A DNA stretch of 64,000 bases from Mobula hypostoma (GCF_963921235.1 NC_086097.1:99140001-99204000), one strand, 5' to 3'; counted from the stretch's first letter, positions 25,035 through 38,470 are shown. Program-made: numbers and translations. Notes: a model not told the origin generated them from the sequence alone.

Positions 25035-26047
25035 CTAGAGAAGAGAGGATATCCACCTTGGTCAGTATGCACACCGAGTTCTCGGCACTGTGCCTCAGGA
25101 AACATACATTAGCCTGGTCCTTATCTTTGTGTCAATTAAGAACGTATTATCAGGTTTAATCCATCCCTTTTTCTTACTCTGAGCTATTCCTTCTCCACAG
25201 TAACTGGGCCATTAACTTTCTCCTCAATATTCAGATAGCATTAGGATAATTTTTATTTCTTTCCCTACCAAACTTGAACAGTAGGACCTCCTTGCTCTGG
25301 CAGAGGCCCTGGTATTATCTTCAGCGTTCTACCAGATCTTCAGCAGTAGGTTAACAATATGTACAAATCAAATATTTTGGCTGCAAAGATGCACCCAGTA
25401 CTCTAGCTGGAGAGTACCAGTCCCCAAAAAATGCATCTGGTAAAGCATGTGTGTGCCATTGTGTTCAATTTCCAGCTGTGCCCAAAGTTTAATTCAATCA
25501 TGCCATTAATGACCAGTACTTTAGGGATTAGGGAACTGATGTCTCGTATAATATCTGGATTTCAAAGTATGTAGGATTACTGGTGCCTAGAGTTGTTCCC
25601 AGTTCTGTTAGCATAGCCGTAACTGTGCTTTGTACAAACTCACTGGGCTAGAAATCCTTTCTGCCGTATACTGCTAACCTGCTACTGCATGGGTAACCCA
25701 TGTTTGTCTATCCACACCACTGGCACCCAGTATTTAGTCGTACAGCATTTGCCATGGTTGGAATGGATGGTGTGCTGTTTCCCAGGTAAACTCTGATTGT
25801 CAAACCAGCACCCATGAGACCAGTTCTGCACTTACTGATATCGGGCCCGTGGCTCTGAATGGGAATCTAACCTCTAAACAATACCTGTCCAGGAAGTGAC
25901 TTTGAGCTTTTCAAATGAATCTCAAATACAGACTTAATCTTAGTGGTCTAGTTGAAAGGGTTCAATGTTGTAAAGGTGCCCAGAAACTATCCAGTGCTGA
26001 GGTGAAGCCCCACGGGATGTCTTTCCTGTGTAAGTGTGAACACAAAC

Positions 26048-26147
26048 CTGCAGCTTCAGTGACTCTGTTAGTCTGCTCCTCCGATAGTCACTGCTCTGCT
26101 TAAGTTCGTTCCATCTGTCAATGATGAGAAAAACCCTCTTCTGGATC
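26048..26147 (-). CDS. SPTBN5: SPTBN5 exon: IQKRVFLIIDRWNELKQSSDYRRSRLTESLKLQ
   Basis: Acceptor taatctccag|, donor CAG|gtttgt; 100 nt, phase 2 to 0. Confidence 0.9.
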
Positions 26148-27658
26148 CTGGAGATTAAAAGAAATATTCTAACTCTTAATTTCAGAGCAAGACCACAAAC
26201 TGGCACCATCATAACAAAGTAACTGATCGTTCACCTCAGTGTCTACACTCAAAATAGCTACTTTGGTTTGTCTCCAGAACAGAGGTCCCAGGCCATACTT
26301 CCAGACTCAGCTAATGCCTCTGAGCATTTGGGTATTTCCTGATCTACCTTCTGTCTTTCCCAAAGGTCCAGAAGATAAAAAAGGGCAAAATTGACACATT
26401 CCAGAGGCACGCATTGTGAAGAAAGGAACACTGCTGCTATTTTGTAATCCACACTAGAACTGAACGTGTAACAGAAGAAGAAATGAGTGATGTGTTGGGG
26501 TGTGGTCATGCAGCTACCAATACTAATTTATAAATCGTGGCAAACAATGACAAATTAATTGTATTGTAAGCAAAAGATTTCTTGATGTGAGAGTAGTTTA
26601 ATGGGAGAACAGCTGGATGTAATGTTGTAGATAGGTTCTCAGGACTACCCTCTTGCTGAACTGCATTTTGAGGAGATTACTTCAGATTCAATCACAGGGG
26701 TAAAATCAATGGATGGAAATTCATGAACAATATACTCTCATCTCCTGAGCTAATTTCTAGTGCTGTGAAGGCTAGATGGTAAAATGGGGCCAATAAAAAT
26801 CTTATCAAAGGATCAAGAAAGTCAGCTGCATTCAGTCTCGATGTGGGTGGAACTGTGTTTGCATGAATCATTATGTTATATCTTTACATTGATTTCATCA
26901 TTTGGCATCACCACCGATTTGTGATCACCCATTTCCTTTTTACCACTGACTTGAGAGAGAACAAGATAAAGAACAACTAGTTGCTGAGCATCAGTTGTGT
27001 CAAGCAGATGAGTCGTAGCCACCATTCCGGATAAACCAGATCACCATTCAGCAAATGATGGAGAAACTAAATTTTTCCACGACATCTGCAAATGCCTGCT
27101 ATTGTTCATTGTCACAGATCCCAGGGGAATTGCAAGAGTAAATTTACAGGGATTCTCAAGGTCACAGGATCACTAGAGAAAAGTAACATATAGAGTCAAA
27201 GTCATAGAAAATTACAGCAGTGAGACAGGTCCTTCAGCCCATCTACTCCAGGTCGAACCACTTAAACTCCCTGTTCCCATTGAACTGTACAGACATATGG
27301 AACAAAAATAACTAAAGTAGGGTAAATCATAATAGTATCGTGAGTTTAATTGTAGATTCATTTGACTCAACATGCAGAAAACCACTTCAGTTAAATTAGG
27401 GCTTGGGAAGGAATGAGGACAGATTAACGGATAACACAACAAAGGAAGCCTATCTCTCTGGCCCACTGGCTGGCTCCAGTATTTCTGAGTTTTATTTCTA
27501 ACCTCTCTCTGTGTTTCGTCATTCTTTGACTCAAACAGCAGAGATCTTGAATTATCAGAAAAATAGAAATCAGCTACTTGGTAAGATATACCAATTACAC
27601 AATGGGACAGAAGGTGCGAAAAGGAAGTGACTACAGTGGCTAAACTGCTGATACGTAC

Positions 27659-27798
27659 ATTTTGTTGGCATAATTGTTGCTCTGGTTGAGTTTGGATGCT
27701 CTGTCCTGCAGCCCCTGAATCCTCTGGTCCATCAGTTTCAGCACGTTCTCAAAGTCTACTTGTCTCTTTAGTAGGCTGTTCACAGAATCCACGGAGTC
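27659..27798 (-). CDS. SPTBN5: SPTBN5 exon: DSVDSVNSLLKRQVDFENVLKLMDQRIQ...NYANK
   Basis: Acceptor ttttcaaag|, donor AT|gtacgt; 140 nt, phase 0 to 2. Confidence 0.9.
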
Positions 27799-28511
27799 CT
27801 TTGAAAATAATTCAAACCATTACAGTTTGCAAAGTGTACACTCCCAGCTTCATCTATCTTACGTCAACATTCCCTGTCAACAACTGAGCACGAAGAGGGT
27901 TGCAGGTTTAAGTCTCACTCAGGTATTGAAACCCAGTAACGTGAGACTCCAGGCATCCAACTGGGAGCAGGTGAAGACAGTGCTGTGGGAAGTGCCTTCC
28001 CTGAGACCTATCCTTCTCTCAGGTGGATGGAAAAGGCCTCATGTCCACGATATTAAGAAGGACAGGGAGTTATGGCTAGTCTTTGTCCCTCATTGTCTCC
28101 CTAGATTATGGACACTCCATAGATAGGAATGAGTGTTTGGGAGGAAGGCATGGTGGATGGGAATGGATTTTCCAGCTGCTGCTAGTCCGTAAGTATCTTC
28201 TGCCGGGTGGGAGTGGGAACTTCTGAGGTCCTCTTTGGACCTTGCACCCTGGAGCAATTCATCACTAAATGCTTGTAAAGTGCTTGCTTCTCAAATGTCT
28301 ATACTTTTTCCAAATTATGAAATACAAATTTGGACACTGCTCCCTCTGGGTTTCTATCCAGATCATTAGCACTAAAAATGGCTGCAGGACAGAACTTCTT
28401 GTGACAACCATTACTGTGAGAACCTGACCTTCATTTCCAATTCCTTACTTCTCTTCAGAACTCAATCAATTGTGTGCCATACCCTTGACATAATCCTGTG
28501 CACAAAACAAG

Positions 28512-29905
28512 TGTCATGGTCCGGTCTGTGAAGTCTGCATTCCAGTTCACGGTCCGGTCCGTGGACTCCGGACTCCAGGTCTTCTGGCTGTCCCTTCTTT
28601 CAGTTGGGCTTAATCATAGGCACCTGATGCTCGTCTTGGGGCTGGGAGTATAAGTGGCCCTGGGTTCGAGTGTGGGTGCTGGTTCTTCTCATCAGTATCC
28701 TGTCCTCACCTCCATGAGGTAAGTCAAGCCGTCTTTGCCGTTACCCTGTGGATGGATCTGTCTCTTTCTGTCCTTTCCTCCATTGGTAAGCCAGGCTGTC
28801 TTTGCCGTTACCCTGAGGCTGGACTGTTCCCTTCCCTTTCCCTTCCTTCTGGAGCCTCGCCTGCAACCTGTGACTGGAGCCTCGCCTGCAACGTTGTCAA
28901 GTTCTACCACTGGAGCAAGACTGGAGCCTTGCTGTTCAAGATAGGGAACTGTCTATCGTTGAGTTGGAACTGTCGCTGTGTCCATGCCTTCAATAGGTAG
29001 GTCCGGCCGTTTCCCGCTACCTAGTGTTGGAAACCATCTCTGTGTCCATGCCTTCGCTAGGTAGGTCCAGCTGTTTGCCGCCACCTAGTGTTGGGAACTG
29101 TCTCATTGTGTTCAGCATTCTGTGTAGAGCCCCAGCCCCGAGTCCTGTTCCCAAGGAGGAGTCCTGGCTCTGTGTTCCGTGTACGAGTCCCGGCCCTAAG
29201 TCCTGTTCCCAAGGAAGGGTCCTGGCTCTGTGTTCCAGGTCCCTGTGTTCCTGTCTCTCAAGTCCAAGGCTCTGTGTTCCCATGCTCTAGACCAAGGCTC
29301 TGTGTTCTACGTTCCTGTCGTCCCAAGTCCAAGGCTCAGCTGTTCCTGTCGTCCCAAGTCCAAGGCTCAGCTGTTCCTGAGTACCAAGTCAAGGCTTTGT
29401 GTTTGTGTCCTGTCCATGTGCTTCATCCTGTACTGGAGTTCCCTTGTCTTGCCTAGGAGTCTCTCGTTCGGTCCCGTAACCTCACCTAGTCCTGTCTACA
29501 AGACCATGTCATGTCTTCGCCTAGTTCCTGAATCCGAACCCGGGTCAAGACCCAGGTTCTGGGTCCTTGTCCAGTCTCTGGCTCGGAGTCCGAACCCAAG
29601 CCTCGTCATGTCCTCGCCTCGAAGATCCCAAGCCATGTCCAGTCCTGTAGCCACATCATGTCCTCGCCTAGTTCCGGGATCTGAGCCCAAGTCAAGACCT
29701 AGGTTCTGGGTCCTTGTCCAGTCTCCAGCTCGGAGTTCAAGCCCAGGCTCCTAGTTCTCAGTTCCTTGTCCTGGTCCTGCTTGCCTAGCCAATGTCCTAG
29801 CCCAAGTCTGTGTTCTTGTCCCAGCTTTCTAGTCAAGTCCTGTTCTTAGTACTTCAGTGTCTGTGTCTTGCATTTGGGTCCACTCCCAGTGCCCCCGTTA
29901 TGACA
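28512..29905 (+). mobile_element. Solo LTR (1394 bp, Gypsy-like) with 5-bp target-site duplication ACAAG
   Basis: TGTCAT...ATGACA inverted termini; ACAAG at 28507-28511 and 29906-29910; TATA-like gtataag at about 28648; internal short tandem duplications. Confidence 0.88.
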
Positions 29906-29919
29906 ACAAGAGATGTTAC

Positions 29920-30154
29920 CCCAAGTTCATTGATCTTCAGGAAGGCTTCGTGACCAGACAGGGTTGCGTCAATGCGATCTGCCTCTCGGTTAAACTGCTG
30001 CAGCTCAAGTCCACCTTGCAGCTTAGCATTGCGTTCTTTCCAGGCCTCATCCAGCTCCACCTGTATGTCCATCGTTTTCTGCAGTAATCGAGAAACGTCG
30101 CTGGAGCTGCTCCTCTTTACCACTTCATTGCCCAAGTCATTCAGCTCCTTGAAC
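29920..30154 (-). CDS. SPTBN5: SPTBN5 exon: FKELNDLGNEVVKR...FNREADRIDATLSGHEAFLKINELG
   Basis: Acceptor tctgccaaag|, donor GGG|gtaaca; 235 nt, phase 2 to 0. Confidence 0.92.
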
Positions 30155-30489
30155 CTTTGGCAGATAAAAAGTATACATTACCTCCGGGGAACATTTCCTA
30201 CCCGTCACTCCAGGCACCTTCCTCATATCCACCTCGCTCTTCCAATCTACTCTCACTTCCTAGTACAAAACTTAGATAACCCAGCACGCTGTGGACTTCA
30301 TTCTTCCGATCAAAATGATGCCAGGTTGTGGTATCCATCAAACTCATGGCTCAGACTTCGTTGATTTCAGTTGTTTTTTAGGATCAAAGGGATGGTTTTG
30401 GGGACAGAGGTGAGCGGCAGGTGCTGGGTTAGGATTTTTTTTAGGATCTTAGGGATAGTTTTGGGGACAGAGCGAAGAGATGGGTATCA

Positions 30490-33400
30490 GATTAGGTTTT
30501 AGGGACAGGGACGTGAGGTAGGTTTTAGGGAGCGGGACAAAAGGTTGGTTTTGGGGAGAGGGTCGTGAGGTCGGTTTTGGGGACGGGGACGCGAGGTCGG
30601 TTTTGGGGACGGGGACGCGAGGTAGGTCTTAGGGAGCGGGACGAAAGGTTGGTTTTGGGGAGAGGGTCGTGAGGTCGGTTTTGGGGACGGGGACGCAAGG
30701 TCGGTTTTGGGGACGGGGACGCGAGGTAGGTCTTAGGGAGACAGGGACGCAAGGTAGGTCTTAGGGAGACGGACGAGAGGTAGGTCTTAGGGAGACGGAC
30801 GAGAGATAGGTCTTAGGGAGGGGGACGCGATGTAGGTCTTAGGGAGGGGGACACGAGGTCGGTTTTGGGGACGGGGACGCGAGGTCGGTTTTGGGGACGG
30901 GGACGCGAGGTCAGTTTTAGGGACGGGGATGCGAGGTTGGTTTTAGGGACGGGGACGCGAGGTAGGTTTTAGGGAGACGGACATGAGATAGGTTTTAGGG
31001 AGACGGACGCGAGGTAGGTTTTAGGGAGACGGACATGAGGTAGGTTTTAGGGAGACGGACGCGAAGTAGCTTTTAGGGAGACGAACGCGAGGAAAGTTTT
31101 AGGGAGGGGGACGCGAGGAAGGTTTTAGGGAGGGGGGCGCGAGGAAGGTTTTAGGGAGGGGGACGCGAGGAAGGTTTTGGGGAGGGGGACGCGAGGTAGG
31201 TTTTGGGGAGGGGGACGCGAGGTAGGTTTTGGGGAGGGGGACGCGAGGTAGGTTTTAGGGAGGAGGACGTGAGGAAGGTTTTAGGGAGGGGGACGCGAGG
31301 TAGGTTTTAGGGAGACGGACGCGAGGTAGGTTTTGGGGAGACCGACGCGAGGTAGGTTTTGGGGAGACGGACGTGAGGAAGGTTTTGGGGAGAGGGACGT
31401 GAGGAAGGTTTTAGGGACGGGGACGCGAAGTAGGTTTTAGGAAGGAGGACGCGAGGAAAGTTTTAGGGAGGAGGACGCAAGGTAGGTTTTAGGGAGACGG
31501 ACGCGAGGTAGGTTTTGGGGACGGGGACGCGAGGTAGGTTTTGGGGAGGGGGACGCGAGGAAGGTTTTAGGGAGGAGGACGCGAGGAAGGTTTTAGGGAG
31601 GGGGACGCGAGGTAGGTTTTAGGGAGACGGACGCGAGGTAGGTTTTGGGGAGACGGACGCGAGGTAGGTTTTGGGGAGACGGACGTGAGGAAGGTTTTGG
31701 GGAGAGGGACGTGAGGAAGGTTTTAGGGACGGGGACGCGAGGTAGGTTTTGGGGAGGAGGACGCGAGGAAGGTTTTAGGGAGGGGGACGCAAGGTAGGTT
31801 TTAGGGAGACGGACGCGAGGTAGGTTTTGGGGACGGGGACGCGAGGTAGGTTTTGGGGAGGGGGACGCGAGGAAGGTTTTAGGGAGGAGGACGCGAGGAA
31901 GGTTTTAGGGAGGGGGACGCGAGGTAGGTTTTAGGGAGACGGACGCGAGGTAGGTTTTGGGGAGACGGACGCGAGGTAGGTTTTGGGGAGACGGACGTGA
32001 GGAAGGTTTTGGGGAGAGGGACGTGAGGTAGGTTTTAGGGAGACGGACATGAGGTAGGTTTTAGGGAGACGGACGCGAAGTAGCTTTTAGGGAGACGAAC
32101 GCGAGGAAAGTTTTAGGGAGGGGGACGCGAGGAAGGTTTTAGGGAGGGGGGCGCGAGGAAGGTTTTAGGGAGGGGGACGCGAGGAAGGTTTTAGGGAGGG
32201 GGACGCGAGGTAGGTTTTGGGGAGGGGGACGCGAGGTAGGTTTTGGGGAGGGGGACGCGAGGTAGGTTTTAGGGAGGAGGACGTGAGGAAGGTTTTAGGG
32301 AGGGGGACGCGAGGTAGGTTTTAGGGAGACGGACGCGAGGTAGGTTTTGGGGAGACCGACGCGAGGTAGGTTTTGGGGAGACGGACGTGAGGAAGGTTTT
32401 GGGGAGAGGGACGTGAGGAAGGTTTTAGGGACGGGGACGCGAAGTAGGTTTTAGGAAGGAGGACGCGAGGAAAGTTTTAGGGAGGAGGACGCAAGGTAGG
32501 TTTTAGGGAGACGGACGCGAGGTAGGTTTTGGGGACGGGGACGCGAGGTAGGTTTTGGGGAGGGGGACGCGAGGAAGGTTTTAGGGAGGAGGACGCGAGG
32601 AAGGTTTTAGGGAGGGGGACGCGAGGTAGGTTTTAGGGAGACGGACGCGAGGTAGGTTTTGGGGAGACGGACGCGAGGTAGGTTTTGGGGAGACGGACGT
32701 GAGGAAGGTTTTGGGGAGAGGGACGTGAGGAAGGTTTTAGGGACGGGGACGCGAGGTAGGTTTTGGGGAGGAGGACGCGAGGAAGGTTTTAGGGAGGGGG
32801 ACGCAAGGTAGGTTTTAGGGAGACGGACGCGAGGTAGGTTTTGGGGACGGGGACGCGAGGTAGGTTTTGGGGAGGGGGACGCGAGGAAGGTTTTAGGGAG
32901 GAGGACGCGAGGAAGGTTTTAGGGAGGGGGACGCGAGGTAGGTTTTAGGGAGACGGACGCGAGGTAGGTTTTGGGGAGACGGACGCGAGGTAGGTTTTGG
33001 GGAGACGGACGTGAGGAAGGTTTTGGGGAGAGGGACGTGAGGAAGGTTTTAGGGACGGGGACGCGAGGTAGGTTTTGGGGAGGAGGACGCGAGGAAGGTT
33101 TTAGGGAGGGGGACGCAAGGTAGGTTTTAGGGAGACGGACGCGAGGTAGGTTTTGGGGAGACCGACACGAGGTAGGTTTTGGGGAGACGGACGTGAGGAA
33201 GGTTTTGGGGAGAGGGACATGAGGAAGGTTTTAGGGACGGGGACGCGAGGAAGGTTTTAGGGAGGGGGACGCGAGGAAGGTTTTAGGGAGGGGGACGCAA
33301 GGTAGGTTTTGGGGACGGGGACGCGAGGTAGGTTTTGGGGACGGGGACGTGAGGTAGGTTTTGGGGAGGGGGACACGAGGAAGGTTTTAGGGAGACGGAC

Positions 33401-33510
33401 GTGAGGAAGGTTTTGGGGAGAGGGACGCGAGGTAGGTTTTGGGGAGAGGGACGCGAGGCAGGTTTTGGGGAGAAGGATGCGAGGTAGGTTTTGGGGAGAG
33501 GGACGCGAGG
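30490..33510. repeat. 26-bp G-rich, CpG-rich minisatellite (GGACGCGAGGWAGGTTTTRGGGAGRS), about 115 copies, with higher-order structure
   Basis: Direct reading; variant units recur at offsets of 312 bp (12 units) and 1014 bp (39 units). Confidence 0.97.
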
Positions 33511-34005
33511 GAGTCAGAGGGTAACCTCGAAGGCCAGGGAACGTGGATGTGGGACAGAGGACATCTGCGATCGGATGCCAGGCCAGTAGACCGATGAGTA
33601 AGAAGCCTGCTGCTCGCCCACCCCCCACCCCCCAGCTTGGGAGAGTTGTTGGCAGATTCTGGGATCGGAGTTCCATGCAGGACCACCGGCCCCCTAGATA
33701 CACGAGTTGTGTGACCGGAGTTCAAAGCCAGTGTTTGGCATTTTCATCCAGGGTCCACATTCGTCGTTGTCGGTGAGTCCTGTGGTTGATAATGACGATC
33801 GAAGCCTGAAAGTTGAGCAGAAGTTTGGAAGCTGGGGCCCAAGGGCCAGGCCCCTGAGTCTACAAGTCTGCTGAGGTAGTCAAAGGACAGCGTTGTCATG
33901 GTGCACTGGAAGGGCATACTGAGAACAGGAGCCCAGTCAGTTGATCGGAGTGCAGCGAGTATCATACAGTGACCCAATGGGATTTCAGAATAATCGGAGC
34001 TTCAC

Positions 34006-34293
34006 CTGATTTTTTTTGTGTTGATCTCCAGCAGCAGCTCAGCATGTTCTTTCAGAAGGTTTTCAGCAGAACCCACGTCAAATCCCATCTCCTTGCTGTT
34101 CAGTCTGTCTTTCACATTGTTAGCCCACAGTAGGAGCTCCTTGCTTTCCTGGTTGTAATGCTGCAGATCACGGGCTTCTCTGAGGACCCGTTTCCTCCTT
34201 GAGGTCTCTACCTTCACCCTTGTCAATAACACCTCCACCTCACGCACCTGCACCATGATTACAGCACTCTCTCTCGGGCTGGTATCCTGGATC
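34006..34293 (-). CDS. SPTBN5: SPTBN5 exon: IQDTSPRESAVIMVQ...LLEINTKKIR
   Basis: Acceptor gtacttgcag|, donor AG|gtgaag; 288 nt, phase 2 to 2. Confidence 0.92.
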
Positions 34294-34914
34294 CTGCAAG
34301 TACAAACACCGTGGGATACTGGGCAGCAGAAAATGAGCCATCACCTAGAAGTAATGAGTACCATGCTGAGAATAATCACCTTCACCAAATGTAAACCAAA
34401 TCACTTCCAGCATTTATCTGATGCCAGCTGCAGTATTGTGCAAAAGTCTTAGGCACATATATACAGTACACAGCCAGGGTGCCCAAGGCTCTTCACAGTA
34501 CTGTAGTAATATTATGCAATGCACTGTACTGCTGTTGGGAAAAAACAACAAATTCCATGACAAGTATGAGTGAGAGGAATTGGGTACAGAGTCAGGTTCT
34601 TGCACAGTCGGCACTGAATGGCTTGGATCATCATCACTGACAGAATCAGCCAGCTCCTCAAGGATAGATCTGCTCGAGTGTGACTCTGACATTAGGGCAC
34701 CAGCATGCACAAGGAACCAAGTTCATTTCTTTCTCACCAACCTAACAGCTGCAGATGTCTATCAGTAACAATACTTTTAGGAGTGAGTGTGGAACTCTGT
34801 CCATGGAGAGGAAATCCTTTCACCACACTGACAATATCTTCCATCACGTTGTGTGGCTTCATTGTCACGGTGGGTGACCTACTTCAGAGAAGGTCAGTGG
34901 CTCACAAATGGGCA

Positions 34915-35870
34915 TTTTTTTATTCATTCAAGGGCTTTGCAGGCTCAGCCAGGACTTAATTGTCCATCTCTAACTACTCTTGAGGAAGTGTTGACAAGCT
35001 GCCCTTTTGAAGTGCTGCAGTCCCTGAGGAGTGGGTATGCCCACTCTGCTATGAGGGAGGAAATTCCGGGAATTTCGGCCCTTTCCAAATTGGGATCGTG
35101 GGGGGCTTGGAGGGCAACTTCCAGGCAGCGGAAGCCCTATGCTTTGGCTCCCCTTGTCCTTCGAGCTGATAGAGGTCACGGGTTTGGAAGGTGCTGAGTA
35201 GCTCTCGTGCATCCTGTAGCTGGTACAGATTGCAGCTGCCGTGCCTGTGGAGTGAGTGAAGGGCTATGGACAGCTGCCTATCAAGGAGATGCTACGTCCT
35301 GGATGGCGTCAAGCTTTCTGAGTGTTGTTGAAGCTGCACTCATCCAGACAAATGGAGGGTCTTCCTTTACTCCCCCGACTTGCAGATGACGGTCAGGCTT
35401 TGGGGATTTAGGAGGTGAGTTACACACCACAGGGTTCTCAGCCTCCGAGCTGCTCTTGTAACCGACTGTGTATAGGGCTACTCCAGTTCAGATTTTGGTC
35501 GATGGTATGAGGATGTTAATATTGAGGGATTTGGTGATGGTAATGCCATTGAATGTCAGGGAGCAGTAGATGGATTTCGTCTTATGAGATGTCGTTGTTG
35601 CCCAGCACTTGTCAATGTTACTTGCTACCAATCAGCCGAGGCATGGATAGTCTCCAAGCCTTGTAGCTTTTGGACATGGACTGCATTATTATCTGAGGAG
35701 ACGTGAATAGTGATGAGCATTGTGCAGTCTCCTGCAAACAGTCCCCCTTCGAAACTTACAACTGAAGGAAGATCATTGATGAAGCAGCTGAAGATGGGTA
35801 GTCCTAGCTCATCACCCTGAGGAACATCTTCAGTGCTAATGGGCTCCTGAATTGGCTGCAGTGATGACTG
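34915..35870 (-). mobile_element. Old CR1-like LINE 3' fragment
   Basis: Reversed RT segment (gaaggaagatcattgatgaagcagctgaagatg...ccctgaggaac = VPQG...IFSCFINDLPS) and a 3' terminus tttattcattca. Confidence 0.65.
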
Positions 35871-37289
35871 GCTTTGTGGCTGTAGATTCGCTTTTGTGAA
35901 CTACAGTTCCGAATATTATTTGCTTACTTTTGTTGTTTGTACAATTTCTTTCCCCTGCACCTTGGGTGTTTGACACTTCTTATTTTTGTTGTGTTTCTTT
36001 GTTTTGTGGCTGCCTGTAAGGAGATGAACCTCAAGGCTGTATCCTGTATACATACCCTGAATACAAACGTACTTTGTACTCCTGCGGCTGAGATGATTGA
36101 CCTCCAGCCAGCAGAAGCGTCTTCCTTTGTGCTGTCCAACCAGAGGACTCTGATTGACTTCAGCACTCCTTGATATCACACTCAATCAAATGTTCTCTTG
36201 ATGTCAAGAATTGTTACCCTCACTTTACCTCAGGTGCTTAGCTCTTTAATCTGTGTTTGGGACGAAGTCTGTAACAAGGTCAGGATCTGAGTGACCAAAC
36301 CAAGCTTCAGTGAGCAAGCTGTCAGCAGAAGCCTTGCGTTTCACCATATACCTCATTTTACCATTGATATCAAGCCAGAGGGCCAACCCCTGTTCAATGA
36401 AGAACATGCAATAGCAACATCAGCCGCACTACCCGGCAGACCTAAATATGAACTGGACTTCTTCAATGTTAAATAGCAAAAGTCGTGTACAATTGTCAGA
36501 CCAAATTAAAGCTCAGTAGTCCTGCCATATCCACCTGCAAAGAGTTAAAGACAATTAAAGAGCAAACTGGATGGAAAAGCTCAGTGTGTCCCCTTATACA
36601 ACAATAATCTGGGAGTGAAGTAGATGGGGCTGATGCATTGACAGCTTTCTTCAGCCAGAGTTCCTGAGGGGATGATTGATCAATCTCCTCCCAAGGTTCC
36701 ACACATAACAGAAGCTAGCCTTCAGTCAATTCGATGCATTTCCCCCTGCCATTAAGAAACAGTTGAAGGGACTAGTTACAGAAAAGACTACAAGTTCAGT
36801 CTACATCCCATTTCTAAAATTAACAGTACATCTGACCAAGCTGTTCCAGTACTGCTACAGCATTGACATTTACAGTAAATGTGAAACATTGTTCAGCTCT
36901 AGTCTATCCACACATCTTTCACACTAAGGCTTGGCTTGGGTTTTGCCAGTTATACCAGATCCAGATCTCATTACATCCATGGTCCCAATAGGAACTGAAA
37001 AGAGGGAGTAAAAGTGATTGTTCTTGACAGCATTTGGCAGAGTGTGGTATTAAGGATCCTTTGCCAAATCTTAGTCAACAGGAATATAGACAGAAATGTT
37101 CCACTAGCAGGATTTAACTGACCAAAAGAAGCTAGTTGTGTTTGTGATAGCACAATTATTTCAGCCTTTTTCATCCAGAAGTACATTTTGCCCAAATATC
37201 TTTTTCCTTTTTCTCATTAGTGATCTCTCTATCCTAATGCTGTTTGGTCATCTTCAAAGAAGACTCTGCAGTACACAAAGTCCATTCGT

Positions 37290-37560
37290 GGCTCAGTTGT
37301 GTAGCAGTTAGCGCGACACCATTAGAGATTGGGCATGAGAGCGTGGAGTTCGGTTTTGGCACTGTCTGAAAGCAGCTTGTACATCCCCCTTGTGAATGCA
37401 CAGGTCTCCTCCAGGTGCTCCAGTTTGCTCCCACATTCCAAAGATGTACCCGTTAGTAGGTTAATTGCTCATTGTAAATTGTCCTGTGATTAGGCGAGGG
37501 TTTCAATAGGTGAGGTGCTGGGTGGCGTAACTCATTGCACCAGAAGGGCCTGTTCTGAGT
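37290..37560 (+). mobile_element. tRNA-derived V-SINE (HE1-like)
   Basis: ctccaggtgctccagtttgctcccacattccaaag V-domain-like core; matches 8665-8935. Confidence 0.7.
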
Positions 37561-37564
37561 TATT

Positions 37565-38470
37565 ATAGTCATAGTCATTGTCATACTTTATTGATTCCAG
37601 GGGAAATTCATTTTCCTTACAGTTGCACCATAAATAATTAAATAGTAATAAAACCATAAATAGTTAAATAGTAATATGTAAATATATAAATTATGCCAAG
37701 AAATAAGCCCATGACCAACCTATTGGCTCAGGGTGTCTGACCCTCCAAGGGAGGAGTTGTAAAGTTTGATGGTCACAGGCAGGAATGACTTTCTGTGACG
37801 CTCTGTGCTGCATCTCGGTGGAATGAGTCTCTGGCTGAATGTACTCCTGTGCCCAACCAGTATATTATGTAGTGGATGGGAGGCATTGTCCAAGATAGCA
37901 TGCAACTTGGACAGCATCCTCTTTTCAGACACCACCATCAGAGAGTCCAGTTCCATCCCCACAACATCACTGGCCTTACGAATGAGTTTGTTGATTCTGT
38001 TGGTAACTGCTACCCTCAGCCTGCTGCCCCAGCACACAACAGCAAACATGATAGCACTGGCCACCACAGACTCGTAGAACATCCTCAGCATCATCCAACA
38101 GATGTTAAAGGACCTCAGTCTCCTCAGGAAATAGAGACGGCTCCGACCCTTCTTGTAGACAGCCTCAGTGTTCTTTGACCAGTCCAGTTTATTGTCAATT
38201 CATATCCCCAGGTATTTGTAATCCTCCACCATGTCCACACTGACCCCCTGGATGGAAACAGGGGTCACCGGTACCTTAGCTCTCCTCAGGTCTACCACCA
38301 GCTCCTTAGTCTTTTTCATATTAAGCTGCAGATAATTCTGCTCACACCAAGTTTCAAAGTTTCCTACCGTAGCCCTGTACTCAGCCTCATCTCCCTTGCT
38401 GATGCACCCAACTATGGCAGTCATCAGAAAATTTCTGAAGATGACAAGGCTCTGTGCAGTAGTTGAAGTG
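37565..38470 (-). mobile_element. Relatively young Rex1/Babar-type LINE, 5'-truncated
   Basis: ORF pieces TAIVGCI...LQLNMKKTKELVVDLRR...YKYLGI and MFYESVVASAIMFAVVCWG...HPLH...RKSFLP; (ATAGTC)n tail. Confidence 0.85.

Noticed and set aside
29017..29754. Overlapping Pro/Ser/Val-rich ORFs
   Set aside because: They lie inside the solo LTR's internal short repeats; no gag/pol motifs are present.
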